From positions 211,513 to 275,512 of the IMG/VR virus record IMGVR_UViG_3300031555_004728: a DNA stretch of 64,000 nt, one strand, 5' to 3'. The position numbers and the translations under genes were made by a program. Position 1 is the stretch's first letter. The number at the start of each line of letters is the position of its first letter. The stretch is from a virus (taxonomy: Duplodnaviria; Caudoviricetes). The notes beneath the pieces are model-generated. The model saw nothing but the letters and a program-made list of their open reading frames with translations, searched no databases and was not told where the DNA came from. This document shows positions 19,420 to 30,416 of this stretch, one piece after another.

Positions 19420-20235
19420 ATGCCAGTAACAATTCAAGAGAATATTAAGTCTCATAATGACGCCAACTTAACAAAGTATGCTTTGTTTCTTGGCGGTTTA
19501 GATGTAACTCATGATGTTCTTGCTTCTTACGATCCATTTATTGGTGGTAAAGCACGTATCTTCATGACAAGAATGCCTACCTTCACTCTTGATTCACAAA
19601 AAGGTATTCCTGAAAAAATGAAAAAGTTTAAACATATCTTAGAGTATGCTAACACTGGTGTTTCAGGAATCAATGATATTGATGTCAATAGTGAAACTAT
19701 GACAGGTGGTTATGTTGGTAGAGAATTTGCTATTCCAACACTTGCTAAAAACAATACAAATACTATCACTATTTCTACTTATGAATTCTCAGGTAGACCA
19801 ATGGGTGAAGTATTACACTGGTGGATTTCTGGTGTTATGGATTACCAATCAGGATTTGCAACATATCACGATGTAGATTTGGCTGTTAAACAATCAAATC
19901 ATATTGCTGAGTTCATTTATGTTGTAACAGATAGAACTGGTAAATCAAGTGGAATTGAATTTGCATGTATGTTTGCAAACTGCTTCCCAACAACTATTAA
20001 GATGGATCACTTGAACTATAGAGCAGGTGAAGCTAATGTTGCAGAAATGGACATTACATTCAGCTGTACTATGTACGAGTCTCCACAAATCAATGCAATT
20101 GCTAAGAAGTTGCTTGAAAAATATCAAATCCTTATGGATTCACTTGATTTCTGTCCGAAGTTCGATATGAACACAGATGAAACGGGTGTAGCAACTGCTT
20201 ACAATCCTGAAACTGGTCGTTTAGAAAACGCCTAA
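19420..20235 (+). CDS. Tail tube protein (jumbo-phage type)
   Basis: Follows the sheath; TISTYEFSG...W...EFIYVVTD...FANCFPT...L.Y....E.DITF pattern. Confidence 0.75.
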   Translation: MPVTIQENIKSHNDANLTKYALFLGGLDVTHDVLASYDPFIGGKARIFMTRMPTFTLDSQKGIPEKMKKFKHILEYANTGVSGINDIDVNSETMTGGYVGREFAIPTLAKNNTNTITISTYEFSGRPMGEVLHWWISGVMDYQSGFATYHDVDLAVKQSNHIAEFIYVVTDRTGKSSGIEFACMFANCFPTTIKMDHLNYRAGEANVAEMDITFSCTMYESPQINAIAKKLLEKYQILMDSLDFCPKFDMNTDETGVATAYNPETGRLENA

Positions 20236-20243
20236 AATAAATA

Positions 20244-20279
20244 AAATATAGGTTGATGAATTATCATCAACCTATATTT
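20244..20279. terminator. Bidirectional intrinsic terminator
   Basis: AAATATAGGTTGATGA/TCATCAACCTATATTT stem. Confidence 0.8.
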
Positions 20280-20280
20280 T

Positions 20281-20595
20281 TTACGTAATATTAACTCTTT
20301 CTAGATAAGTTTCATTATTATATGTCTCTTCACTATACTCAACAATAAAGTCTTTCATAAATTCTTCATCATTCAATTTTTCAACAACCGCATCTACTCC
20401 TTCTCTTAATACATCTACATGTATAATACCAGCAGAAATTGAAAAATCTACTTTATGACCTGTTGCATAGCTTAAAGCTTCTACTAATTTTTGAGCTTGT
20501 TTACTTCTTCCATGGAAAAATGCTACTCTTATTCCATTATTATAAATTTCATCATCTTCTTTATCGCTCCATGTAAAATTTTGTTTGTTATCCAT
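20281..20595 (-). CDS. Hypothetical protein
   Basis: 104-aa ORF with AAGGAG RBS. Confidence 0.7.
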   Translation of the reverse strand: MDNKQNFTWSDKEDDEIYNNGIRVAFFHGRSKQAQKLVEALSYATGHKVDFSISAGIIHVDVLREGVDAVVEKLNDEEFMKDFIVEYSEETYNNETYLERVNIT

Positions 20596-20670
20596 TTTTA
20601 TAAATCTCCTTTTCTTAAATTATAAAAAAGTAACTAGATAGATGATTTTTCATCTATCTAGTTAAATTAA

Positions 20671-23022
20671 TTATTGTATCTCATCTGCAAATACATCTAA
20701 GTTATCTTTACCTTTATTTTCTGGATTTAATGAATTATCAATATTTTGAAGTTTGATTTCTTCATACCAATCAAAAATTTCATCAACATCAATACTTGGT
20801 AAGTATTTTCTAACTAGACGTTTTGTGATTTCTTGTATAACATTTTCCAACTCTGGATTTTGATTCCATGCCTCACCTAAAAGAAGATTAAGAATAAATG
20901 TCCTAATAGCATCAAATGATGTTAATGCTTCTTGTTTAAGCAAGTTATTTGCAAAATTAGGAGGTGTAAGTGTAACTGTAAATGATTTAATTTTATTAGG
21001 ATCAACTGCACCAGAGTGTTTAGCAACTAGTCTATAGAACTCTGTGATATTTTCATTAAAATTAATCTGATATGACATTACACGTCCTTGGAATCTTGTA
21101 TTTGCAAGTTCTAATGATTTTGCAAAATCTGCTTCGTTCATGTAATTCATAATTGCTTGTGGAACACCTGTTCCTAAGATATAACAATTACGAAGCATTT
21201 CCATGAGTTCAGTATTTAACTGGACATCCTGTCCTTGAAGAATTTCTGTTTCAAATCCTCTTTCACCATTTCTGCCTGTTGGAATATACATTTCTGTACC
21301 ATTACCAACTTTCCTAAGTAGGGTTGTGTAAGACATTAAATCCATGATATTTACTTGATGGTTTTGTTTATCTCTCGCAATTTCCTGTATCTTATTAGAT
21401 ATATTCTTATCAATTCCTGATGTTCTAACATAGTTTACCTTTTGGTCATTAGAATAAAGAATGATAGATGTAATCTTAAATAAAAGAAGCATGAGATATA
21501 ACTTAGCATAGAATAATGAAGGTTCAATCATAGATACACCTTCTTCATTCTCATTTTCATTTACTTTAAATTCACAAACATATTCTGCTGGAATAAATTG
21601 GAATTTAAGTCTCTTTGTATTAAGATCATAATAAGTTAAAGCTTCTGCAATAACTTCTTTAAGTTCAGAATTTTCTCGTAAAAACTTCTTATCAAAACTC
21701 ATTACGATTCTATGTACAAGATTATCAATAATTGATCTTTGTCTACCACTATTATTATACTTATTATAATAAGTAGTACTTGTCATTATACCATTTACTG
21801 GCTTAATTTCATCCTCTTGAATATAAAAATAACCAATTGGTTTATTTAAAATTTTAAGAGGAAACATATGCATTGGATCAACTAATTTGATATAACAATC
21901 AGTAAAATTCTCAAATTCTTTATCAATTTTCTTTTCTGATTTTTTGTAGTCTTTGCCATATACACCAGCATCAACATTTGAAACTTTTGTGAATAAGTCT
22001 CGTCCATCCTCTACATATAATTTAGCATACTCTTCAAGAGCTTCTGCTGACTCTGTTATAAATGGTAATGGAACTTCATCGTTACATACAGTAATATTAT
22101 TCATGTATGATTCGATTTCATCCTTAACTTTTTCTACAAATTTATCTTTTGTTAGCTCAGAGCCATAATGAATATTTGTCATGTGTTTAATTTCTTTCTC
22201 GTCGAATTGATCAACAAAATCTGTTGCACACTCTCTAAAATATTCATCTTTTGTTTTCTTTCCATCATTATTATCTTCTTTAAAAGAATCAATAATAGGA
22301 CTTTCAGTATAGGTTCTAGCATCACTTAAGAAACTTGCACCACTTATAGGGTCAACCATCTTTTTCTTAAAATCTGCAAATATTTTAGAATATGGTAAAA
22401 CATAAGCATAGTAATTTCCATATGTTAAAGTCTTAGGAACTACATGGTCTTTAATTTTTGATTGTAATTTGAATTTAGTTTCAATAAACTCCATATGAGA
22501 TTGAAGTTCTTCTATAACATCATCAGATTCAAATTCAAAATTAAAGTTTCTTGAAATACCACCATCATTAACATCAGGAGATACAATTGCATCTCTCATA
22601 ATATTAATAGCTTCTCTAAGTTCAATTAACTGAGAAGATATTTCTTGTAAATCTGCATATTTAAGCATTTTATTCTGATATGCATCAGATAAAAATGTAG
22701 TTATTTGCCCATCATCTGAATTCAAAAATGATTCAATACTAGGATTATTCCATGAGATTCTTGTATCTTGTTTAAATAACTCACCCATAAAAGTAGTTAT
22801 ACTTTGTCCATCTGAATGGTTTAATCCATCCATTTCATTTTTAAGTAAATCATTAAATTGATTTACTAATACTGAATGATCATTCTTTTTTGTTGCACCA
22901 TAAAGGGATAATTCCATTTGGCTAATCATATTATTGAGACTATTTGTAATAGACTCATTTCTCTTTTTTTCTGAAGGAGTAAGATCATCCAGACTACGTG
23001 GTTTGCTCTCATTTTTTGGCAT
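20671..23022 (-). CDS. Probable portal protein (start reassigned to MPKNES)
   Basis: Large helical protein with L.EAINIMRDAIVSPD, LTYGNYYAYV, G.SMIE, GTGVP..IMNY..E.DFA blocks typical of T4-like/jumbo portals; RBS GAAAGGAG; AACA-N6-TA at 23053-23064. Confidence 0.7.
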   Translation of the reverse strand: MPKNESKPRSLDDLTPSEKKRNESITNSLNNMISQMELSLYGATKKNDHSVLVNQFNDLLKNEMDGLNHSDGQSITTFMGELFKQDTRISWNNPSIESFLNSDDGQITTFLSDAYQNKMLKYADLQEISSQLIELREAINIMRDAIVSPDVNDGGISRNFNFEFESDDVIEELQSHMEFIETKFKLQSKIKDHVVPKTLTYGNYYAYVLPYSKIFADFKKKMVDPISGASFLSDARTYTESPIIDSFKEDNNDGKKTKDEYFRECATDFVDQFDEKEIKHMTNIHYGSELTKDKFVEKVKDEIESYMNNITVCNDEVPLPFITESAEALEEYAKLYVEDGRDLFTKVSNVDAGVYGKDYKKSEKKIDKEFENFTDCYIKLVDPMHMFPLKILNKPIGYFYIQEDEIKPVNGIMTSTTYYNKYNNSGRQRSIIDNLVHRIVMSFDKKFLRENSELKEVIAEALTYYDLNTKRLKFQFIPAEYVCEFKVNENENEEGVSMIEPSLFYAKLYLMLLLFKITSIILYSNDQKVNYVRTSGIDKNISNKIQEIARDKQNHQVNIMDLMSYTTLLRKVGNGTEMYIPTGRNGERGFETEILQGQDVQLNTELMEMLRNCYILGTGVPQAIMNYMNEADFAKSLELANTRFQGRVMSYQINFNENITEFYRLVAKHSGAVDPNKIKSFTVTLTPPNFANNLLKQEALTSFDAIRTFILNLLLGEAWNQNPELENVIQEITKRLVRKYLPSIDVDEIFDWYEEIKLQNIDNSLNPENKGKDNLDVFADEIQ

Positions 23023-23126
23023 GAGTGTCTCTCCTTTCATTTTTCTTTAACTTAGAAAACTGTTTTTAAGACAATAAATTAGTCAAAACAATTTATTAAT
23101 TTATAAATGATTCGAGGTGTTAAAAG

Positions 23127-23513
23127 ATGGGAATTTTTCCAAAAAAAGAAGAATTTGTATCTAAAATACCACAAAAATATCAAAACCTTACTTATCAAAG
23201 CATGACACTAGATTTAGTATCAAAAATTTCAAGTGAATTCCCTGAATTGAAGCCACCAAAATTTATTGATTCTGAATTACAAAAAGGAAACATGACTGAA
23301 GAAAAAGCTAATCAATTAAAAATCAGATCAATGGTAAATGGTATCAAAAGTTATGTAAGTAATGAAAAACGTAAATTTGATGCTGAACAGACTAAAAAGA
23401 AAAATATTCTTCCTGATAAGATTAAGCGTAAAATGATTAAGGTTTATGAAAGTGGTTCAAATGGTACAATATCAAAAGATGAAGTAAATTATCTTATTGA
23501 TGCATTAAAATAA
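23127..23513 (+). CDS. Hypothetical protein
   Basis: GAGGTG RBS; AACA-N6-TA at 23087-23098. Confidence 0.7.
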   Translation: MGIFPKKEEFVSKIPQKYQNLTYQSMTLDLVSKISSEFPELKPPKFIDSELQKGNMTEEKANQLKIRSMVNGIKSYVSNEKRKFDAEQTKKKNILPDKIKRKMIKVYESGSNGTISKDEVNYLIDALK

Positions 23514-23547
23514 CAAAAAAAGAAGATTGATTAGATCAATCTTCTTT

Positions 23548-23958
23548 TTATTTTTTCAATTCATAATATGGAAGAATTATATGCATTGAAGATGTAATTT
23601 GACTATCACCTTTTAAATCATTTACATAATTAACATCTTCAATCCATCGTTCCATTCTATAGTTTTCTGTTTCAGGATGCATTTCACATACATATCCATA
23701 TAATTCTGACACTGTATCACCAGATTGAATTTCATATGAAAAATACATTTTATCATATAACTGACTTGCAACATAATCTTCTTTTTCTCTTTTGTTACCT
23801 TCTTCAATAGCTATTGAAATTGTATATGTAAAGAAAAGTAATAAAGCGATAAAAATTACAAAGTTGATATTGCTTTGTTTTCTATTATGTCTTCTTGTAA
23901 ATTCCTCCTGAAAACTTGGATAGTGCTTAACCCCATTTTTATCAATATAAGCTCTCAT
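23548..23958 (-). CDS. Membrane-anchored LysM-like (YneA-like) protein
   Basis: TM segment FVIFIALLLFFTYTISIAI; YEIQSGDTVSEL...VNDL...I.....IILPY. Confidence 0.7.
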   Translation of the reverse strand: MRAYIDKNGVKHYPSFQEEFTRRHNRKQSNINFVIFIALLLFFTYTISIAIEEGNKREKEDYVASQLYDKMYFSYEIQSGDTVSELYGYVCEMHPETENYRMERWIEDVNYVNDLKGDSQITSSMHIILPYYELKK

Positions 23959-23996
23959 TTTATTTATGCTCCTTTTTAAAAATTTAGAGAAGAGGA

Positions 23997-24287
23997 TTAA
24001 TCCTCTTCTCCTGTTTGTTCTGGTGTAACAGTTTCGTCTTCAAATTCATCATCGATAAAATCATCTTCAAAATCATCATCTTCTTTAGATGCTGATTTTT
24101 CTGCACGTTTATCTTTGATTAATTTTGCGGTATTTTTAGCTACTTTAGAAACACCTTTAACTGCTAACTTTCCTGTTTCTATAAGTAATTTACCAACTTG
24201 AATACCTACTTCAACTGCTACTACAGTAATAACTGCATCACCAATAATTTGTGAATAGTTTTTGTTTGTGTTGTTTGTTGTTTTCAT
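23997..24287 (-). CDS. Hypothetical protein with acidic C-terminus (start reassigned to MKTTNN)
   Basis: GGAGG RBS before the ATG at 24287. Confidence 0.65.
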   Translation of the reverse strand: MKTTNNTNKNYSQIIGDAVITVVAVEVGIQVGKLLIETGKLAVKGVSKVAKNTAKLIKDKRAEKSASKEDDDFEDDFIDDEFEDETVTPEQTGEED

Positions 24288-24497
24288 AAAACCTCCGGCT
24301 CTTGATATTATCTCCACCACATGTAATAAATTTTGTTTGCTGACGATTATATTTATTACGTCACGCTATGAACTTTTTTGATATAAATAGATTTATTTCT
24401 ACTCATATTCGCGAAAATATTATATCAATATTAGATTTAACTTTACGGTTAATTTAATTGAAAAAACACTACTTTAACCCTATAAACAAGAAAGTAG

Positions 24498-25904
24498 GTG
24501 AATACATTGAAAGTAGGATTATTAAATACTGAAGAATTTATTTCAGTAAATAATCTTAAGGAAATAACATCACCTGTTATGTTCCAAAGAGGAAATAACC
24601 CTCATCCAGAAGGTCTCTTTAGTACTGAAATTTTTGGTATGACACCAAAAGATAGAAAAGAGACTTTTGCATATATTAATTTAAATCATGTATTCCTACA
24701 TCCTCATATTTATAAGATAATGAAACGATTTTTTAGAAACGTTGAAAAAATAGTTAATGGTTCTTCTTATTATCAAATTAATAGTGAAGGACATCTTGTT
24801 TTATCTGATAATATTAATGGGGAAACAGGAGTTCAATTTTTATATGATAACTGGGAAAAGATTAAATGGGAATATTCTGATTCACCGTCAAGAAACGAAA
24901 GAATTGATGTTGTGACAAAAAGTAAGAAATCAGAAGTTTTCATTTCAAAACTTATAATCATTCCACCATTTTATCGAGATGTAACATCATCATCAGGTGG
25001 AGGACAAATACCAGAGATTAATAACTTTTATGCAAATGCTATTCGTTTATCTTCTATATTAAAAGAAAACGATTTATTTAGTTTTAATCTCTATTCATCT
25101 CAATATGCTATACAAGAATTACTTGTAGAGACATATGATTATTTTAAAGAAAAACTTCAATCTAAAAATGGTTTACTTAGAAAATATCTTATGGGTAAAA
25201 ACGTTGACCTTTGTACAAGAGCTGTTATTACAGCAGCATCTTTCCATGCAAATAGACCTGAAGATATGCAGATTAATCTTAAATATAGTGGTGTTCCTAT
25301 ATCACATATTTTATCTCTATGTAATCCATTTATTATGACATGGATTAAAAATTTCTTTGAACGTGAATTAATGGATCCAAGTGAAAAGCATTTAATTGAT
25401 TCTAGAACTGGGAAGGTTGTTGAATTAGTTGAACTTGCTAATCCTGAACTTATTTTTACTGATAAAGAAATTACAAAGAAAATGAATTCATTTATTAAAG
25501 ATCCAGATATGAGATTCAAGCCAATTGAAGTTCCTCTTAAAAATGGAAAAACTTCATATCTTTTATTTCATGGTAAAAGATATGATATGAGAAATAAAGA
25601 TGAAATTGCATCAATTGCTAATAGAAAGATGACATGGACAGATGTATTTTATATGGCATGTGAAGATGCAGTTAAAGATAAACATGCAATTATTACTAGA
25701 TATCCTTTGATTGACCAGTATGGTCTTTTTGTTACTAGAGTAACTACATTGAGTACATCAAAAACTGTACCTATGCAAGTTGGTGAAACTTTATATCCAT
25801 ATTATCCAGATATTGATTTATCTGTACCAGATAGTAAAGTTCCTACTTTATTTATAGATTCAGTTATGTTCTCTAATAGTTATCTTCCTGGTATAGATGG
25901 TGAT
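24498..25904 (+). CDS. rpoC: Phage multisubunit RNA polymerase beta' subunit, exon 1
   Basis: GLFSTEIFG, LRKYLMGKNVD..RAVI, ITRYP; ends ...GIDGD at the first half of the catalytic DxDGD; AACA-N6-TA at 24465-24476. Confidence 0.9.
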
Positions 25905-26187
25905 TAACAAAATAGTTACCTAACCTCTTTAATTGCTGGAAACTCCTTAGAGTCTAAACTACCAAAGTGTAACAATGTTTAGAATTGGACAATCAGCAGC
26001 GAAGCTTCTTATTATAAGAAGAACGTTCAACGACTATCGAAAGCATAACATAAGAGAAAGACTTATGTGAAGAAGTGAGTAGAGTAGGATTTATAATCCG
26101 AAATGGGAGGCAATATTAATTTGGTAGTAGAATTAATATTGAAGATATAGTCTGAACTTTATAGAAATATAGAGATTAACATAGTTG
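25905..26187 (+). ncRNA. Group I intron (283 nt, no ORF) in the beta' catalytic motif
   Basis: P1 GGTGAT/GTTACC with U-G pair at the 5' splice site; P AATTGCTGGAAACTCC, Q AATCAGCAG, R GTTCAACGACTA, S AAGATATAGTC; terminal G; splicing restores DGDYDGDQ. Confidence 0.95.
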
Positions 26188-27564
26188 TATGACGGTGATC
26201 AAACTACAGTAAAAATTGTATGGACGCAAGAAGCCAATAAGGAATGTGAAGAAGTTATGAATAGACCATCATTCTTTGTAAGAATGGATGGTTCATTAGT
26301 AAGGTTTGTTGAAATAGAAGCTATTCAGACATTCTATAATATGTCTAAAGAACCTTCTAGATCTAATAAAACTTTATCTATTCCAGAAGTTCATAATTTA
26401 ACAAAATTAACACCAAATGATATCACATTCGATTTACTTATTGATTTATTTGGTCATATTGGTGGTAAAAAACCTAAATATGAACCAGAAGATAAAATGA
26501 TTATTCCAGTTGGAGAGTATTATAATAAAGAACCTATTGAAACTACAGTAGGAAGATTTATCTTTAATAAAGCTCTTATTGAAAAATCTGGTATGGTTAA
26601 AGTACTTGGATATATCAACGATGTTTTAACTGAAGGATATTTCCATAATAAATTAGAAGGTAAAATTGCTGTTGAATTAATTGAAGGTAGAATTACAACA
26701 GACCAAATGTATACTTATGTTGATACTAGAGACTGGTTATCACTTCAATTACATGCATTAATAACACCTTCATTCACACCAAATACTATAAAGATTCATC
26801 CTGAAGTTCAAAAACTTAAGAATGAATTATTTAAGAAATATGAAAAAGAATTAGCAAGTGGTAATGCTATTATAGCATCACAAATAGAATCTGAATTGAT
26901 TAATAAAACCAAAGAAGTATTAAAAGATGATATTGGAATGGATTTATATGTTTCTGGAGCTCGTGGTAGTTTAGGAAATAACTATAAAAATATTGCACTT
27001 ATGAGAGGTGCGGTTTATAATCGTGCTACTGGAAAATTTGAAGTTGTTAAGAATTCATTAAATGATGGTCTTGCAGTAGAAGATATTCCTATTTCATCAA
27101 ATACAATTCTTGAAGGAGCCTATCCTAAAGCTTGTGGTACGAGAGATTCAGGATATATATCTAAAAAATTACTTGCTGAATGTCAGACTGAGTTTTTAGG
27201 AGATAAAGATTCAGATTGTCATACTAAACGTGGAATTAAAATAAAATTAGAACCTGGTATGGCTAAAAACTATATTTATAGATATATCATGGTTAATGGT
27301 AAACCAGTTAAATTAACTGCAGATAATATCGATAAGTATATAGGAAAAGAAGTAGAACTTAGAAGTCCAATGACATGTATTAGAACTGAAAAAGGTGAGA
27401 TTTGTAATGTATGTGCTGGAGATTTCTATTATATGGTAGATAATAGAGCTATGGGATTATCAGCATCTCGTATTGGAAATGCTCTTACAAAATATAATAT
27501 GAAAAAATTCCATGATAACGTTATTAAATACACTGATGTTGATTTGGATGATTTATTAATGTAA
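26188..27564 (+). CDS. rpoC: Phage RNA polymerase beta' subunit, exon 2
   Basis: YDGDQ, ETTVGRFIFN, SGARGS, TRDSGYISKKL (bridge helix), DC.T, LRSPMTC..ICNVCAG (Zn site), IGNALTKYNMKKFH (trigger loop). Confidence 0.9.
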   Translation, partial: YDGDQTTVKIVWTQEANKECEEVMNRPSFFVRMDGSLVRFVEIEAIQTFYNMSKEPSRSNKTLSIPEVHNLTKLTPNDITFDLLIDLFGHIGGKKPKYEPEDKMIIPVGEYYNKEPIETTVGRFIFNKALIEKSGMVKVLGYINDVLTEGYFHNKLEGKIAVELIEGRITTDQMYTYVDTRDWLSLQLHALITPSFTPNTIKIHPEVQKLKNELFKKYEKELASGNAIIASQIESELINKTKEVLKDDIGMDLYVSGARGSLGNNYKNIALMRGAVYNRATGKFEVVKNSLNDGLAVEDIPISSNTILEGAYPKACGTRDSGYISKKLLAECQTEFLGDKDSDCHTKRGIKIKLEPGMAKNYIYRYIMVNGKPVKLTADNIDKYIGKEVELRSPMTCIRTEKGEICNVCAGDFYYMVDNRAMGLSASRIGNALTKYNMKKFHDNVIKYTDVDLDDLLM

Positions 27565-27603
27565 AAAATAAAGAGAGATGAAAATAATTCATCTCTCTTT
27601 ATT

Positions 27604-28716
27604 TTAGTTTTGAATATCCTTTGGATGGTCTTTAGATTTATTTTTCTTTTCTTTAATTTTAAACCATAATTGCATAATAATAAATGCAATACCTGCTAAA
27701 AATCCAAGTCCAAAATATCCAATGACAAAATATTTAAATAGGTCCCAAATACATTTAAGACAATATTTAAATCCTTTAACATATGTTATTTTACCAAGCA
27801 TAATAATGATTAGTATAATAGTAGTATATCCAACTAAATCCCATATAAACTTTTTAAATCTTTCATCATCTGAAAAGTATAAATCAAGTTTATATCTTAA
27901 GATTCGTCTTTTTGTCAATTCATTATAACCATATATATCGTATACAGTTATAGTTGTATTTTCATATGAATCAACTACATACATAGGAAGACCTGTTAAA
28001 GTATTTATTTTCTTAATAATAATAGCTTCTTCAAATGTCTTTCTTCCATTGATATTATGAACATAAACTTTATCACCTACTTCAAATTTAGGATGGGTGA
28101 TAGTTTGTTTTCCTCTTACAGTAAAACTCTTATATTCTAAGTCAATATCAGATACAATATCATCTACAGCTTCAATCATTTCATCTTTTGAAACTATATC
28201 TGTATTAATGAAGTAATCAATATATGAAGATTGATAATCTCTGAAATAATCAAATTCTTCTCTTTCAGATTCAATTCTCTTTTTAAATACTTCTTCTTTT
28301 TCTTTTCGTTCTTTTCCTCTTTCAAATAAACTCTCTTCAGAACAGTCTACGAAAATTACATAGTAGAAAATATCTGAAATATCATTATTTGCTAAGAAGT
28401 ATCTGAAACCTTCTGGATTAATTATATATGTATAGAATTTATCAGATTTTAAATCTGTTGTCGTAGCACAATATTCATATCCAGTTTTATCATTTTTAGT
28501 GTAAGCAATCATTTTACCATCATCTTTGATTTTTTGCATTCTCTCTTCACTAATAAAATTATGCTCAACACCATTAGTTTCGTTTGCTCTCATAGGTCTA
28601 GTAGTATATGATACAATTGGTTCATAGTCATATTCTTTTTTAAGAATTTTAGCTATTGTATCTTTACCACTTCTTGATTTACCTACTATAAAAATTATTT
28701 TCTTTGAATTTTCCAT
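27604..28716 (-). CDS. gmk: Guanylate kinase-like protein with C-terminal extension and two TM helices
   Basis: GKSRSGKDT P-loop, VSYTTRPMR.NE.NGVEH.F; hydrophobic C-terminus. Confidence 0.8.
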   Translation of the reverse strand: MENSKKIIFIVGKSRSGKDTIAKILKKEYDYEPIVSYTTRPMRANETNGVEHNFISEERMQKIKDDGKMIAYTKNDKTGYEYCATTTDLKSDKFYTYIINPEGFRYFLANNDISDIFYYVIFVDCSEESLFERGKERKEKEEVFKKRIESEREEFDYFRDYQSSYIDYFINTDIVSKDEMIEAVDDIVSDIDLEYKSFTVRGKQTITHPKFEVGDKVYVHNINGRKTFEEAIIIKKINTLTGLPMYVVDSYENTTITVYDIYGYNELTKRRILRYKLDLYFSDDERFKKFIWDLVGYTTIILIIIMLGKITYVKGFKYCLKCIWDLFKYFVIGYFGLGFLAGIAFIIMQLWFKIKEKKNKSKDHPKDIQN

Positions 28717-28735
28717 TGGTACTTACTCCCCTTCT

Positions 28736-29131
28736 TTATTTAAATAATAAAATAATTGCTATAATAGCAATATATAATGCATTTGATAAGAAAAATAATT
28801 TTTTCCATAAAGATAATTTAATATCAAGCGTAATTATTTTTTCTTCAAAATATTTTTTCAATTCTTCTATTTTTGTTGTTGACCATTCTTCAAGTTTTCG
28901 ATTTTCAAAATAGCAAGTATCCATAAATCCGTTAACAACAGTACTCAAAATATCTTTTTTCGTTTCAAATAATTTTGTTTTAAATTCTTCATGTATTTTT
29001 TGAAGTTGTTCTGTACTAGATATATACATATCTTCAAATTCTTTTCTCATTTTATTTGTATAATTATTTAGTTGAGTTGTTACTACAGGTTCAAATGTAC
29101 CCATTTTCTTTTTTGCCATTTCATTCACCAT
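28736..29131 (-). CDS. Hypothetical protein with C-terminal TM helix
   Basis: 131-aa ORF. Confidence 0.6.
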   Translation of the reverse strand: MVNEMAKKKMGTFEPVVTTQLNNYTNKMRKEFEDMYISSTEQLQKIHEEFKTKLFETKKDILSTVVNGFMDTCYFENRKLEEWSTTKIEELKKYFEEKIITLDIKLSLWKKLFFLSNALYIAIIAIILLFK

Positions 29132-29297
29132 ATTTATTTACACAAGGGTTACTCTAATAAAGTAACTTCAATGTGAATTTTAAATAGACCTTTCTATTTT
29201 TATTCGATAATTATCGGTCAAAAAATTAATGATAAATTTAATATCATTAATTTTACTTTTTCGTATGAAATGAAAAAGTTCCAATATTTAATTATCT

Positions 29298-29822
29298 TTA
29301 ATCAGAAAAGTCATAATATGGAACCTTTTCATTAAAATCATTATCAAGAGATGAATAATAATTCATCTCATCTTTAAATCTTTTATACATTTCATCTCGT
29401 TCTTTATAAAGATCTGGAGATGATACAGATTCTAAAGCATCATTGATTGATTCTTGAAGAATTACTATAGTTTTTTGTATATGGTTTTTATCTTTTTCGT
29501 TTAAATTCCCGAATTCAAATAATCTCATTAATATTTCTATAGAATATTTGTAGTCATTTGTTTCCGTTGCAATATCCTCATTACCATATTCATAATATAA
29601 TGCAGGTATATAATTATGACCAAGTCTAACGAGATAATATTCATAATAATCAGGAATCTTTTTCAATACTTTGTTTTTACATTTGACAAGTTTAAATTTG
29701 TCAGTATTATCGTTTTTTACTAAAGCATGATAATATTTAGAAACAACTTTTTTCTTTTCATGATAACCTATAAGTTTATCTTCAGAAGTTTTTACAGATG
29801 TATCAATTACTGCATATACCAT
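29298..29822 (-). CDS. Hypothetical protein
   Basis: 174-aa ORF with AAGGT RBS. Confidence 0.7.
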   Translation of the reverse strand: MVYAVIDTSVKTSEDKLIGYHEKKKVVSKYYHALVKNDNTDKFKLVKCKNKVLKKIPDYYEYYLVRLGHNYIPALYYEYGNEDIATETNDYKYSIEILMRLFEFGNLNEKDKNHIQKTIVILQESINDALESVSSPDLYKERDEMYKRFKDEMNYYSSLDNDFNEKVPYYDFSD

Positions 29823-29833
29823 AATTTAATACC

Positions 29834-30283
29834 TTATGCAACTGAAGCACATAATTTGTATAAAGTATCAATTCGTTCTAATGCTTTATTTGATATTTTT
29901 TCTTTAATTACATCTAAAGATAAAATAGAAACTATCAAAGCCATAAGTAATTTGCTGATAATAACCACAATTGGTTTTAAATCTTCAAAAATATTTTTAA
30001 TAGTTTTAAAGATTTTATCACCTGTTATTTCATCAATAGCCCATAATCTTACTTTCTTATCTTTTGGCTCATAGAAATTGATTTTACCTTTTTTCATTTT
30101 CTTTTTTTGTTTCTTCTGTTTCTTCTTATCAGCTAAGTAAATTTTATATTGAATATCTTCAATATCTCCAATTATTTCTTGATATTGCTTATCAAGTTTT
30201 GAACTGAATTTACTATCAAATTTAAATTGACCTAAATCGTAGTTAAATTCAGATTTTTTATTTTTCTTCTTTTTCTTACTCAT
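29834..30283 (-). CDS. Lys-rich hypothetical protein
   Basis: AGGGAG RBS; TATATTAT at 30320-30327. Confidence 0.7.
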   Translation of the reverse strand: MSKKKKKNKKSEFNYDLGQFKFDSKFSSKLDKQYQEIIGDIEDIQYKIYLADKKKQKKQKKKMKKGKINFYEPKDKKVRLWAIDEITGDKIFKTIKNIFEDLKPIVVIISKLLMALIVSILSLDVIKEKISNKALERIDTLYKLCASVA

Positions 30284-30416
30284 TTTTTAAAACTCCCTTT
30301 CTATAGTTATTCTATAAATATAATATATTTCTATTTTTATATTTTGAGATAATCAAAAATAGAGTAATTCTTATTATAATTTACAATAGTTCTTTATTTT
30401 TAATTTCTGGTATTAG

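Noticed and set aside
29203-29217. TCGATAATTATCG matching the repeat's central consensus
   Set aside because: The flanking arms are absent; it is an isolated short palindrome.
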